Shown piece after piece: positions 1-12,061 of a stretch of 64,000 bases of DNA. The first letter of the stretch is position 1; each line of letters opens with the position of its first letter. A model generated the notes under the pieces. It was not told the DNA's origin. It worked only from the letters and a program-made list of their open reading frames with translations, and searched no databases. The position numbers were made by a program, and so were the translations under genes. Source of the stretch: Sarea resinae (taxonomy: Eukaryota). The DNA is taken from assembly GCA_026026165.1 (NCBI GenBank), contig JAPEUD010000035.1, forward strand, positions 62,001-126,000, in the 5' to 3' direction.

Positions 1-100
1 ACCAGCTCAGCTACGCCTCTCATGCGCGATCACAATCCTTCGATGATACTCACGGGCATACAGTCTATTGATGATATTTGCACCAGCTACAACAACAACG

Positions 101-150
101 ACCAGCAACCAGCAACCAGCAACCAGCAACCAGCAACCAGCAACCAGCAA
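101..150. repeat. Tandem 7-mer (ACCAGCA)n
   Basis: accagca repeated about 7 times; explains the spurious QQPATSN ORF. Confidence 0.9.
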
Positions 151-487
151 CAACATTCAAGTCTATCTATCTCGAAAGCGGACCTCGGAAAGCAAATGCG
201 CTGCCGTTGAGAGGGTGCAGGGAACAATAGTATATATGTAATGGCATGTGCAGAGCCCTCTCGATGATGATATTCTCCATGAAGACAACGCCGAGCTGAA
301 GGAAATTGCGAGAGTATTTCCTCAATATATGATTGACGCTAATGCCACGGACATGTCGATGCCGATTCAATGGACCGCTGAACCTATCATAATCTTACCG
401 AGTCAACGTCAGAATATATCAAGAGCAGAGGTTCCAGAACCACTTACCCCCGTGGCGCAGAACTATGACCTGCTTCAGCTCAGCTAG

Positions 488-1297
488 TCAGGCCAAACGT
501 AAGGTCCTTTCGGTCCTCTGAGATCGCAGAAGACGGCGCCGAACGAAGACAGCGATCGCGAACAAGATTGCCAGGATAATGCACGCCTGGTCGATTCGTA
601 TATCACCCCCCATAGTACTTATTTGCAGATGCCGAGCGCTGGTGGTGCCGTCGGTGCGCCCAAGTGATAGGTATGAAGGACGATGAGCTTCGCTGTACTC
701 TTTTGGAGTCGACCCTTCATCTTTGGACATTCGCGCCAAAGCGAACGGATCGAAGTCGGTAGTCTCACGTTGGGCAGGCGTGGTGTGGAGCGAATCAATA
801 TTTTCAATGCCGCCATTCTCAAGGCTAAGTGTCGGTGCAGCTTTGGCCGGCAGTTTCTCTTTGGCGATACTGACAGCCGCACCCGCAGTCTGTGAGGCTT
901 TGACTTTCGCGGTGGGACTACCGACTGGATTGACTATGAGAGTCAATATGCTTGGTGTTGTCGGCTCTCCGATGGGGGATTTGGCTGCTTTAGATGGAGC
1001 TTCTTTCGCAGGAACCACTGACGGGACCGTAGCAGACACTTCTTGGCCATCAAGGCTGGAGTCGTCGTCGCCGTCGTCGTCGTCGCCGAATCCGCTTGGC
1101 AGAATGAATGCTGGCTCTTCGATGGGCGGATCATGGGGACCGTGGAGTGACGCTTTTTCCTGTTGAATCGGCGGATAAACGTCTGATCTCGAGCCATCTT
1201 TGCTGAAGTGTCCATGGGTTCCCCAATGTGCAAGCAAGAGATTCTTTCGAGCTCCTTCGGAATGCTTGCGAGAAGGCCTGGCCACAGCGGGAGGCAT
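488..1297 (-). CDS. Hypothetical Pro/Ser/acidic-rich protein with a C-terminal transmembrane helix
   Basis: 269-aa ORF with a DDDDGDDD tract, ending in hydrophobic CIILAILFAIAVFV followed by RRR. True 5' end uncertain; no family recognised. Confidence 0.55.
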   Translation of the reverse strand: MPPAVARPSRKHSEGARKNLLLAHWGTHGHFSKDGSRSDVYPPIQQEKASLHGPHDPPIEEPAFILPSGFGDDDDGDDDSSLDGQEVSATVPSVVPAKEAPSKAAKSPIGEPTTPSILTLIVNPVGSPTAKVKASQTAGAAVSIAKEKLPAKAAPTLSLENGGIENIDSLHTTPAQRETTDFDPFALARMSKDEGSTPKEYSEAHRPSYLSLGRTDGTTSARHLQISTMGGDIRIDQACIILAILFAIAVFVRRRLLRSQRTERTLRLA

Positions 1298-2194
1298 TGT
1301 GAACGAAAGATGATCAGCAGAGCATGAGAATGCAGCAAGCGTGAGATGAGCAGGAGTAAGCTTCTCGCCGTCAATTATTCACAATGGTGCAAATGGCGGA
1401 ATAGCAAGAGAGAGAAGCAGAGGGACGGCACCCAGAAGTGATAACGCTTCCCAATTACGCTCCTGCCCTTTCTTTAGAACATGAGTGGGACGCTCCTTCC
1501 TCGTTGACGACGAGCATGCGACATACTCGCCTGCCCACCTAGGAGCCCTGGGTCCTTTAGAGAGAGCTTTGGAGATAAGGGCAGAGAGATGGCGAACCAG
1601 GCGAACCAGGCCACTCAATCCAATCAGTCCATTCAGTCTATGCAGTCCGGCCAGTCCGGCCAACCCAGATGTTGAGGGCGAGAAGTGTTGTAGACCCCCA
1701 CCGGATTGATCTAGAACTGGCCGGACCTCGAATTCACAATCTCAATCTACCTAACCAATGCCGGCGAGGAAGAACGGGAATCCATCGAGAGGACGCAGTG
1801 AACAGCGGATGGCGATTCAACCTTAAAGAGAGAGTCATGCCTGACGGCTCTTGGGAGTTCTCGTGATCCGTAGATGGCAGCAGATCGAAAGAAAAGGACA
1901 TGATATTGATCCATTGTACGAGAATGCTATATACGGCATACAGAGATAGAGGATAGATCAACAGCTGTTTCTGGAGTAGAGTGGCCATTGGATGGTGGAG
2001 GTTTCTCCTGCGCTAATACAGTATGGAGGGGTACCTGCTCTCCCCCCCACAGGTATGATACCTTACAGTAACCGTAATGCAAGGATCTACCGGATTCACC
2101 CGTCCCGACTCCGGAAGCGCACAAAGTACAGGAACGAAGTACCTACGGTGAACGAGAGAACGCTGGACGGCTGAGGGGCCGAGGGGCTTCCCGT

Positions 2195-2216
2195 CTCCGT
2201 ACTCCGGAGTACGGAG
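2195..2216. promoter_or_regulatory. Perfect 22-bp palindrome CTCCGTACTCCGGAGTACGGAG upstream of LIP5
   Basis: Read directly; the TACTCCGGAGTA core recurs at 14165 and 48718. Regulatory role is inference. Confidence 0.5.
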
Positions 2217-2365
2217 TACATGCATGGACCCTCGGACCTGGAGTATCGTGATATCCAGTGGATTAGTGATTATTGAATTCCGCCGTTACCACATCACCTT
2301 ATCGATTCCTCCCCTCCTCCTCCTCCTCCTCCTCCTCCTCCCAATTCTTCCTCAAACCCATCATC

Positions 2366-3738
2366 ATGGCAGCAGTTGCACCCAAGCTCCTCTACGCAAG
2401 TAGAGGCGCTTCAACAATTCGGTGCACGGCCACCCGTATACTTCCATCCACGGTACGATGTCTTGCCACCGCTGCCCCAGAAGCCTCAGCTACAGAGGGC
2501 ACAACGCAACGGCGCCCAACATCGTTCAAGGACCGCCTTAACTCAGGGCCCTCCTTTTCTGACTTTGTCGGCGGCCGAGAAGAGCCTCTGTCCCAGGAGG
2601 AAGCGCTGGAGCTGAAGACGGCAATGGTCGGCCCCAAAGGGAAACAGAAACAAATCGTCAGACTACCCGAATGGCTGAAGACACCCGTACCAGTGGGCAC
2701 CAATTTCAAGAAGATCCGACACGACCTGCGCGGCCTGAACCTGCACACCGTCTGCGAAGAGGCGCGCTGTCCCAACATCTCGGACTGCTGGGGTGGCTCC
2801 GACAAATCCGCCGCCACGGCTACCATCATGCTGATGGGCGACACCTGCACGCGCGGCTGCCGCTTCTGCTCGGTCAAGACGTCTCGCGCCCCTCCACCCC
2901 TCGATCCCCACGAGCCCGAACACACCGCCGAAGCTCTCTCGCGCTGGGGCCTGGGCTACGTGGTCCTAACCGCGGTTGACCGCGATGATCTCGCCGACGG
3001 CGGCGCCCATCATTTCGCCGAGACGGTCTCAAAGATCAAGTCGAAGGCGCCGGGCATGCTGGTCGAGGCGCTGACGGGTGACTATGGCGGGGACATGGAG
3101 ATGGTGAGCCTGATGGCGAGGAGCGGGCTCGACGTGTACGCGCACAACGTCGAGACGGTCGAGGCATTGACCGCTGGCGTGCGCGATCGACGAGCAACGT
3201 TCAGGCGGAGTATAGAGGTCCTGGACGCCGCTAAGAAGGCGAAGGAGGGCTTGATCACGAAGACGAGTATTATGCTCGGCTTCGGTGAGACCGAGGAACA
3301 GCTCTGGGACACTCTGAGAGGTGTGTCTCCTTTTTGACTTTTCCAGATCCCCCTATCTCACTTCCTCCTATCTCACTTCCTCCTATCTCACTCCCCCAAA
3401 TCACCCTCTCCCATCATTCCCCCAAAACACCGCTAACATATCCCCTAGCCCTCCGCGCAGTCGATGTGGACGTAGTGACGTTTGGACAATACATGCGGCC
3501 AACAAAACGGCACATGAAAGTCGAGTCGTACATCACGCCGGCGACATTTGAGCTGTGGCGCCAGCGCGCCCTGGACATGGGGTTCCTGTACTGTGCCTCT
3601 GGCCCCTTAGTCCGCAGCTCGTATAAAGCGGGCGAGGCCTTTATCGAGAACGTAGTCAAGAAACGTGCCAGCAAGGCGCAGACGACAATGGCGGACGCAG
3701 CGGGCGAGGTCAACAAGAATGGTGGCCTGGCTGTGTGA
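2366..3738 (+). CDS. LIP5: Mitochondrial lipoyl synthase (radical SAM)
   Basis: [12 protein letters not shown] auxiliary-cluster motif, CTRGCRFC radical-SAM motif, [11 protein letters not shown]-terminal motif, presequence-like N-terminus. Exons 2366-3320 and 3449-3738. Confidence 0.97.
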
Positions 3739-4459
3739 TCTGATCCGTTGCTTAAACCTTTCTTCATCTCGTTTCATGTCGTGGCTCTTTCTATTGGCCT
3801 CTTTCATAGGTGGTAAGGGAAAGGACATGGGGTTCTTAAGTTGTTGGTCGTTGCAATCGAGGGCGTTCCGCGGGTTTCTTCCTTGTTCGTTAACCTCACT
3901 TTCTTATCCTCGTTTTCTATCTCCTGAACGTTCAACACCGTCGCTCATGGCACAACAACATCACTCAGTCCAACAGCACCGCACAGTACAGTACACTCCC
4001 AAACGGAACAGCACGAGAGTTCCCGGACGCCTCATAAGGGGAGGGGGAAGAAGACATCCCTTTTACACGCCATCTTTAGATGAATACGGAAATCTTTGTA
4101 TATTAACATCCCGCCGACGAAGCGATTTCAAGCTTTCTTATGTGGCGGATCACGTTTCAGGGGGCCGCACCATGCGATGCGAAGCGATGCCAGATCTCGT
4201 CACTTCCATTGTATCTTTTACGATCCAATATGTCCGACCATTCTGTACTTTCTATCCAGTGCTTTCTAGAAAAAAGAAGCCTAGAAACCCAAAGACCCAA
4301 GACGTGAACAAGGTGCGGATTATCCTTGGACGTATACATACAGATAAGAAGCACGATATATATATACCTACCTCACCTATCCTGCTGCCCTTTTCTGCCA
4401 ATCCAATCGAACCCCATCCAACACAATCCAACACACTCATACTCATCCACCGGCGTACC

Positions 4460-4545
4460 TGATATATAACTCCAAAAAAAACCTACCTACCTATATCCCT
4501 AGATACATCATCCACCCCCTGAGCATCTTCAACAAACTTATCTTC

Positions 4546-4580
<35 letters not shown>

Positions 4581-5490
4581 CGAATCTGGTAGTCGAGTCT
4601 AGTAAGGTAGGTAGGTAAGGACTGCAGCCAAAGGTCGTTGTGTGTCTCTTTCTCTTAAAAGGCTACTTGGTTTCTGAATGTTGTGTTGGATACGACGTTC
4701 ATGGGTTCAGGGAATTGGATGTCGTGTGTGGGAATTTGGGTTTCTGGGATTCTGGAGGTTTTGGGGGTAAGGTAGGGTAAGGCACTAAGATATATGATTG
4801 TTTGCTAGTAGGTGGGTAGGTAGGTTAGTAGGTTAGTAGTCGAGTAGGTAGGTAGGTAAGGCAGGCTTACACCGACACCGACACCGACACCGACGGGCAC
4901 TGTGATAGCTAGATCATGAATCCAAAACCGAACAAAACCTCTAAAACCCCCCTCGAATCCAAAAACCCAAGGATCTAAGGAAGACGATATTGCCACCTCC
5001 TTTCTCTGTCACGTTTCCCCGTTCGTGCTCGCGGAAAGGGTATTCTAACTCGTTTTTTTTGCGCTGTCTAACTGTACTGTACTGTGCTGTTTCTACCTAC
5101 CGCAGGTACTCTTGTGTCTTGAGGCTTAGGTCTTTTATCAGTCACTTACTAAGGTAAGGAGGTAGGACGTTCAATGAGTAAGGTAAACTAGGGTAGAGAA
5201 CTGATTGGTATTTTGTCGTGCTATACTGAGTACGATGCAGGGATGGATAGGTGGATAGAGCGAGTGAGTAGGGCTAGAAAGGATTAGAGTTATTTGTACC
5301 TGCAGAGGTAGCCAGATATAGTAGAAGTAGTAGACATGGTAGGGGAAGGGAAGATGCAAAGTATCTAGGTAGGTAGGTATGTGGGGGAGGTAGCCAAGTA
5401 AGCTGTCATTGTAGAAAGCATAAAAGCGATTCTAAGGCTATATAATAGGTAGGAGGAAGGTAGGCATGTAGGTAGGCATGTAGGTAGAAT
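4460..5490. repeat. Low-complexity spacer with (AG)n, (TAGG/CCTA)n and (ACACCG)n
   Basis: (AG)n at ~4547-4577, many TAGGTAGG blocks, TA-dinucleotide rich. Confidence 0.8.
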
Positions 5491-5804
5491 GGTTCGTGAT
5501 TGTGGATTTGCCTTTGCCTTTGCCTTCTGTTCGTTCATTTTCCGCTTCGTCTTTCCCTTCTCTCTTTTGTTCGTCCGTCCCTCTGCTCCTTTTCCTTTCT
5601 CCTTTCTATTTGCCGTTTTCCTTCTATACGTATCTATTATCTCGGCCGAAGACTGCGGAAAAAAATATTGGGTCACAGCGAACTTGGCTGCGAGCAGGAA
5701 GACATCAGGGGTTAAAATTTTGCCCTCAACAACCGCCACCGGAGGTCCCATATGTACGATATCCTATTCTCTTACTTCCGACCTCTCTTTCCTTGTGCCT
5801 GATT

Positions 5805-7121
5805 TTACAGCTCGCTAGCACGGTTTCCCAAGACCACCCCCCTCAACCCCATGAGCCCGAGCCACACAGCCTCCTCGGTGCGAATGGTCCGACTTCCCTG
5901 GCCCGGACACAGATCTACCCAATAATCAAACAACTGTCTCGGGCCCCCGTCCTCGGCGACCAGAGCGGCCAATTCCGGATCGGCTTTGGCGGCGGCCTCG
6001 AGGCCTGCGACGCCGCCGAAGACGACGAGGAGGTGGCGAAAAGGAGGGACAGGAGAGGTGGAGGCCGGGGAAGTGAGCTCGGAGAGTGGGATCCCGCGCT
6101 CCGAGGTTCCGAAGGTGAGGTCGTAGCCGCCGTCGTGGAGACATTCTGTGAAGACGGCGGAGAGTGAGCCGGCGCGCCGGATGGAATAGCCCCAGTAGTA
6201 GCCTGCTTCTTCGCGGGGAGCGTCTGGGGATACGGCTTCGGCCGTGAGTTCTGTCTCGTGGATAGAAGAGGACGAGGGGAATTTGAGCGTTACTCGTGTG
6301 TTGGGTGGGATCAGAGTGTTGATTTGGACGGGGTGGCCGAGTCCAGCTTCAACGAGCGAAATTGCTGGGATTGTCGTTGTCGTCGTAGAATCCTCGACCG
6401 TGGCGTCGTCGGAGGATGTTTTAGATTTCTTCTGCTTTTTCTTCTTGGACTTCTGCGAGGTGCTGGAGCTGGGTTGCTGCGTCGTGAAGGAGGGATCGTC
6501 GATCGTGACACCCTCGCGGTACTGACACCATTCTTCCGCGCGCAGATGGTGTGGCATGTCCAGACTGGGCAGAGTCCCTGCTGTGCGAAGATTTGGGTGT
6601 AGCGGGAACAGATATCTGCGTAGGTGTGGCGGCGTTTCGAGGTAGGAGAGCAGGTGGGCCAGAAAGAAATCCGGGTCCGAGTAGCCCGTGTATGCTTGGT
6701 CGTCTGATGCGTGATTACGGCCGCCATTGGACGACTCATCTCGCCTATGGTAATTGCTATTGTGGCTATAATTGTTGGGTTTCCCGTTCTTGGCCTGCCC
6801 GTCGTCGAAGATGACAATCTCGTCGACGCAGAAGACGGCGAGAGCGCGGGCGATTTGACCCGCCAGTGTCGTTTTGAGCTCGTGGGATTGAGCGCTAGGA
6901 AAGAAGGATGTCCGTCAGCGGGCTAGTTCCGAGAGGAACAAGAAGGACTTGGAAAACGGGCGGTGCTGTCTCTTGGCCTACTTTGCTATGATGCTACCGG
7001 GCAATGCAATGCTCAGGGTGTATGGCCGGCCCTGGCCGGGCTGGAAGACGGCGGTTGGCTTGGAGGTATCAACGCCATGGGAGTGGTTGCTCTGACCAGC
7101 AGATTCTCTCTTTCTCTTCAT
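5805..7121 (-). CDS. SPOUT-family RNA methyltransferase (DUF171 / SPOUT1-C9orf114-like)
   Basis: Exons 7121-6982 and 6894-5805. Motifs TLSIALPGSIIAN, LAGQIARALAVFCVDEIVIFDD, LSYLETPPHLR, GYYWGY, GTSERG, LVVFGG, PGQGSRTIRTEEA. Confidence 0.93.
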
Positions 7122-7437
7122 GGCTGAATCCGAAGCGACTGTGGCTCTGGAATTGAGGTAATACTGGGCGGTTCTCGCAATGGTCGAGTGGTAGATTTGG
7201 TGGATAGGCTTGCTTGCCTTGCCTGGGTTTTCGCGCGATTGTTGGCGGTGAGCGCTAGGCGCCGGGCAGAATGGCGATCGTCTGACAGGCTGGGATTAGC
7301 GCAGGGAACCTGGGGGGGGGTGCCAGCCAACTACTCCGTACTCATCGTACAACTACTCGACACCTACCTGGCTGTTCTCCTTCCATCAGTCATCGTTCAT
7401 CCTTCATCCCCACGGTGCCTTACCCGCGATAGCCAGC

Positions 7438-7937
7438 ATGTCTGCTCCGAATAAACCGCCAGGTCGGCCTTACATGTATAGTGGCCAGGTGCTTGATAGG
7501 TACGTGGGATATGATTTGCGACCCTGCCTTATGGATATGCGCTGAGGCTCTTCGACCATGTCCAGCCCTCCTCTGTCGGCTCGCCTTCGCATGTTCTTGG
7601 CCAGACTCTACGTCTTCTTTGGTCTCTACCTGACCACTCTGTTCTCGGTATGCTGCGGATACACCCCTTTGGCCAGCCGGTCGTGGTCGAAATACCTCTG
7701 ACTCTGTTCTATTCTTAGCTTGATGCCTACGCCGCCGCGGAAGCATCGCCGTTTAATGTGAGGAATCGAAGCAGCTCTTCATCTGGGCGAAGCGGTTGGG
7801 GCGCAAGGTCCGGATCTGGCGTCAGCGGAAGTGGACCAAGAGGTGGAGGAGGAGGAGGCGGCGCCGGCGGTCCAGCCGGACGACGGGTGGGAAGCGTCGA
7901 TGACATTAGAGGACCAGAGTGCAAGAGTTGCCGTTGA
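7438..7937 (+). CDS. Selenoprotein K (SelK/SelG)-like small membrane protein, Cys-type (120 aa); not in ORF track
   Basis: Exons 7438-7499, 7566-7647, 7719-7937 with canonical GT-AG introns. Protein MSAPNKPPGRPYMYSGQVLDS, TM (LYVFFGLYLTTLFSL), Gly-rich tail, RRVGSVDDIRGPECKSCR*. Matches the SelK pattern YISNGQVLDS / TM / Gly-rich / RRMGRINHLRGP. Confidence 0.82.
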
Positions 7938-8919
7938 TGTTAATGAATGTCCTGCAGGGCGAGGCGATGATCTCGATGGTTCCTGCCTTTTTCTTCCATC
8001 AGTTTCCGGTGCTTCTCCCCAATATTGCAACTGCGCCTGGAACGTGACCTTGGCTGTTCTCATATGGGCGGGTAGACCTCGGACGCTTCTCGGTCGGCCA
8101 CTTCTTTCTCCTTCGTGGTGCGCGATACATCGTCAGCCTTCCAGCGCCACCCTTTCCCCCAGAATATTGACATCTGGGTTAGGGAAGGGAGGTATGGTAA
8201 GGAACAGTAGGGTGCTTCTGTCGGCGTGACTTCCTTCTCTATGGTACCGCCTTACCTAGATACCTACATTGCGTAGCTCACGATAGATGACAACTCCTGA
8301 GCCCGCTAACAACGAGTTGTCAAACGCCCTGCCATCTGATTTCCAAGTTGCTTTTGAGATTTCAGCTCCCAGATGCTTCTAACTCAGATACCCTTCGTGC
8401 AATGTCAAGGGCTCACTCCCTCAGGCACGTACAGGAAACGGAGCCTACAGGACCTTACCTTAATGTTCAGATCGAAGTCCATGTCCCAAGGTATTGAAGC
8501 ACTTTCCAAACGGGCACCCGGGAAGGCTGCATGCAACCATGCCACGATGGAGACCCGCCTTTTTTCTCCACAACAGGTCAAGATCGGGCCTCGATGAAAT
8601 GTGTATGAAATGTGTATGAAATGCGTCAGGGACGAAGGAGCAGGAGCGCACCCCACGACAGCATAAAACCATGAAGCTACGACATTTCCCTTTTCTTTTT
8701 CTCTTCTTATTCTCTTCTCACCTTCGCACACTGACTGCGGAAAACTTGTTATGTAGGCGGTCACTCATTCGTTCAGCCACGCAACGGCATCACCCTACAC
8801 ATCATTTTCCTCGCTTTAGCCACTTGAAGCATAATCACACTCTTTTTCTTGGTCTCTTGACGTCGCACTCTTTTACGTAGCTTATCAATCATTCCACTTC
8901 TCTCTTTCGGCCTACCACG

Positions 8920-10477
8920 ATGCCAGGTACAAAGCACGCCTCGCCGAGCCTCTCGGCGGCAGGTGACGACATCATCGCTCGAGTCAGGGAGCAGACCCTG
9001 CAAGCAGTAGCTCAGCGAAGTAGCGCCAGGACTCCTTTCACGTCTCCAGCTCAATCTTCTTCACGGCCAATCCGGGCCACTAGGGGGGATAGAAAATCTG
9101 CGGTACCGGATGCGCACGTGGAAGACAATCATCATCCTTCTTTTTCCCGTCTCACACGCCTTGGGCGTCCTGCAAATAGACCAGAGGCTCCCAAGCAGCT
9201 AATGAAAGCTTCTCTTGACGACCTCTCGTCCAACCTTCTGACAGGCGATCCAAAACTTACCCGCGAGGCTCTGATCAACAATGATCCTCTTCGTGAACTT
9301 TCTGCATTCAGCGAAGCCAGTTACTACTCCAGTCCCGAATTCGGAAGTCGGTCTTTCAAACATGACCAGATGCTCGGCTGTCCTACAGCTTTCAAGTCTT
9401 TCTCCTATGCTTCGGATAAGATGTTGCAAGGAGTCGGGAAGACCCTACCAGAGCCCGTCGATACCCGCTCATTTTACTCGATGCTTTCACGCATAGCTGC
9501 TGGATCGTCACAAAGCGACCGGGTGCCTTTGACAGACGAAGAGCAAGAGAACATATGGAACAGCGACACCCCTGTCCAGCAATTCGGGATGATCCAGGAC
9601 TTCATTGAACACACCAACCTTGAGGCTTCCACGGCGAGGGAGATTGAGCAACTTTGCAGGGAGGCTCAAGAATACCAGTTCAAGGTATGCGATTCTAGCG
9701 TACAGGAATCGTTCCATAGCTAATGACATTCGTAGTCGGTCTGCGTTAAGACTCAATGGGTCTCTCAAGCTGTTTCATATCTGCGGAGATCTGATGTTAC
9801 TGTCACCTCTGTGATTGATTGTCCTGAGCGAGACATCATATGGCCATCCAAAGATCTGCGAAAGAGAATCGTCGCGTAAGTCCACTCAATATTTTTCTTT
9901 GAGAAGGACGGCGAAAGAGACTTTGTAATGTTCTGGATGCTGATACTCTGGCAGTGAGGCCAAAGAGTCGACCAAAGCTGGCGCCAGTGATATTGAAATG
10001 ACTTTAGACTCCGGCTTACTTCTAGCGGAGAAGTACGAGGAAGTCTTTCGTATACTTGATGCTGTCCGCGACGCAACTCCCTTCATTAATCTCAGGGTTG
10101 TTATCGAAACTCATCGGCTCAGTGAATTATATATCATGATTGCTTGTCAGCTCGCCGAATTTGCCGGTGCAGATTACGTGGCGACTAGTGCGGGCGAAAG
10201 TGAAAGTTTGTCAACAACGGACGACGTGGTATTGATGCGTCAATATCTTCGGGGACGTAGCACGAAAGTCAAAGCCAGCGGTACTATCATGAGTCTGGAG
10301 CAGTGTGAAGAGACGATAATGCTGGGCGCCGATGTCATTGGAACCCGCTATGCCGTCGGCATCATGAACGAAGTAGCACGGAGAGCCAGACATGCGGTAT
10401 CAGAACAAAGCGCTGCACAAACCATGGTTCAATTATCGCAACAGAGGTCACCCTCGAGGGGACCAGACACCAATTAA
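8920..10477 (+). CDS. Deoxyribose-phosphate aldolase (DeoC/DERA)-like protein with degenerate active site and long N-terminal extension (475 aa)
   Basis: Exons 8920-9684, 9736-9875, 9955-10477. DeoC-like segments FIEHTNL, LCREAQEYQFKSVCV, AGASDIEM, LRVVIET, AGADYVATSAG, DDVVLMR, KVKASG, GADVIGT. Confidence 0.85.
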
Positions 10478-11909
10478 TGGCCTTCTACCAAGACTTCTCT
10501 TCCTCTGGATCTCTTAGTCTACCCTTCCATCCACCTCAGAGGTAAGACGGCTGCTGATTTTCTCCTATGGCGTCTATGATTTTGTCGCACCTTTTTCGAA
10601 GGGATATTCGGGGTACAGGCTTTTAGTTGTTTGCTCGAGTTCGTTCATTTCAACGGCCCGGCCTTTATGGAGAGCATTAATGTTTTTCCCGGGGCTGTTC
10701 CTTTTGACGGAGTATTGTCTAACAGTGTGTTTGATCCCAGTCCCTTTGCTCCATTTGATCATGCGTTGTCTGCGTTCTCGTCTTGGATTCTTCTGCACTA
10801 TGCATGTATCTTGCGTAGTATAATATCATAACCTGCGATTCCTTGGCACCTCATTCAGTCATGAATTCAACGTCATGGTGATAGCTTTGTCTCGATCGAC
10901 ACTGCACCGCCACTGGAACCGTCCAGGGGTTCTGATAGTGCTCTCGAGTACTCTGCCTACCGGAGAGCAAGACGTAGCTAAATAAAAACCAAAGTCCCTC
11001 GGCTTGAGGGTTCGCCTGAGATGGACTGGTCGACAAAGTCCCGTCGGCAGCCCCTCCATAAGCGAAAAGTGGGGGTGGAATGGGCAAGCCACAGCGGGGC
11101 AACTGCATGTCAACACCCTTGGAAGCTTGGAAGGGCCCGGGTCTTAGCTCGCGAGATGACGTACGGGTGAGATTGGATGCATCATAAGGGAGGCATCACT
11201 TGGATGATCTTCAGATTCGAGGACATTCGAGGATAGCCGTTTCTCGTACCGGTGCTCCCCTGAGCCATCGTGGTGAGACTTGTCGCTCGCTTCACGCCAT
11301 GGCGTTGATCGATCGGATTGTGACATCTGCCATGGCGGTGCGCCTTACCGTACCCTTACGTAGGTCGTCGGGTGCTTTGGAGAGAGAGCGCGACCCTTGT
11401 CTGGCCAACATTTCTTGAAGCGTTCCCCATCGCATCGCTGCATCGTCGCATCGTCACTGCCGCAACGGGGTGACACACGCACGAGAGCGACTGTCGACAA
11501 ACACCTCACCCTGCCATCAACTTCTGATGCTACGCAGTAGTGCCGGTGAGGTGACGATGATACGGACGAGGTACGAGGTCCACTACCCGGGCATGGAGTG
11601 AATTGACTTTGCTGTTGCCTTCTGCACCCTGCCGTTGCCTTCCTCATACCCGCCCGCATTCACGTCTGCCATCACGCATATCACCACTGCAATAACATCA
11701 TTGACCTCATCTCCCTCGTAATCCTCGTCCTTGTAGCCCTCCATTCCCCATCGGGTGATCCCAAAGGGTACTCGTCTCGGTCGGTGGCTGCATCATTGGC
11801 CCTAATTCCAAGTTTTCAAGGTCGTCGTCTCAAAGCGGGAGGACCCTGCCACACATTCACGCCCACCACCCCACGCTGCTGAACATAAAACACGCCCACC
11901 CGCTCTCTT

Positions 11910-11958
11910 CTCATCATCATCATCATCATCATCATCATCTTCTTCTTCTTCTTCTTCT
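11910..11958. repeat. (TCA)n(TCT)n microsatellite upstream of the dehydrin start
   Basis: Read directly. Confidence 0.9.
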
Positions 11959-12061
11959 CTCAACATCATCTCTCTTCATTACCTACACGCATCACATCAA
12001 TCCAGATCTCTGACGATCACATCCAATCCTCACCCTGAACTTCAATTGACCATCCATCATC

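Noticed and set aside
248..487. 79-aa plus-strand ORF abutting the 488 stop
   Set aside because: GTG start, no recognisable motif or splice support.
3665..4462. 265-aa ORF after LIP5
   Set aside because: Non-ATG start, runs through 3' UTR and low-complexity DNA, no protein-like features.
7935..8200. Sec recoding of the SelK-like TGA via a downstream SECIS
   Set aside because: No convincing AUGA..AA..GA hairpin seen by eye, and Dikarya lack Sec machinery; the Cys two codons upstream of the stop already fits the Sec position.
7831..8229. 132-aa ORF MDQEVEEEE and opposite-strand Pro-rich ORFs
   Set aside because: Alternative-frame shadows of the Gly-rich SelK-like exon 3.
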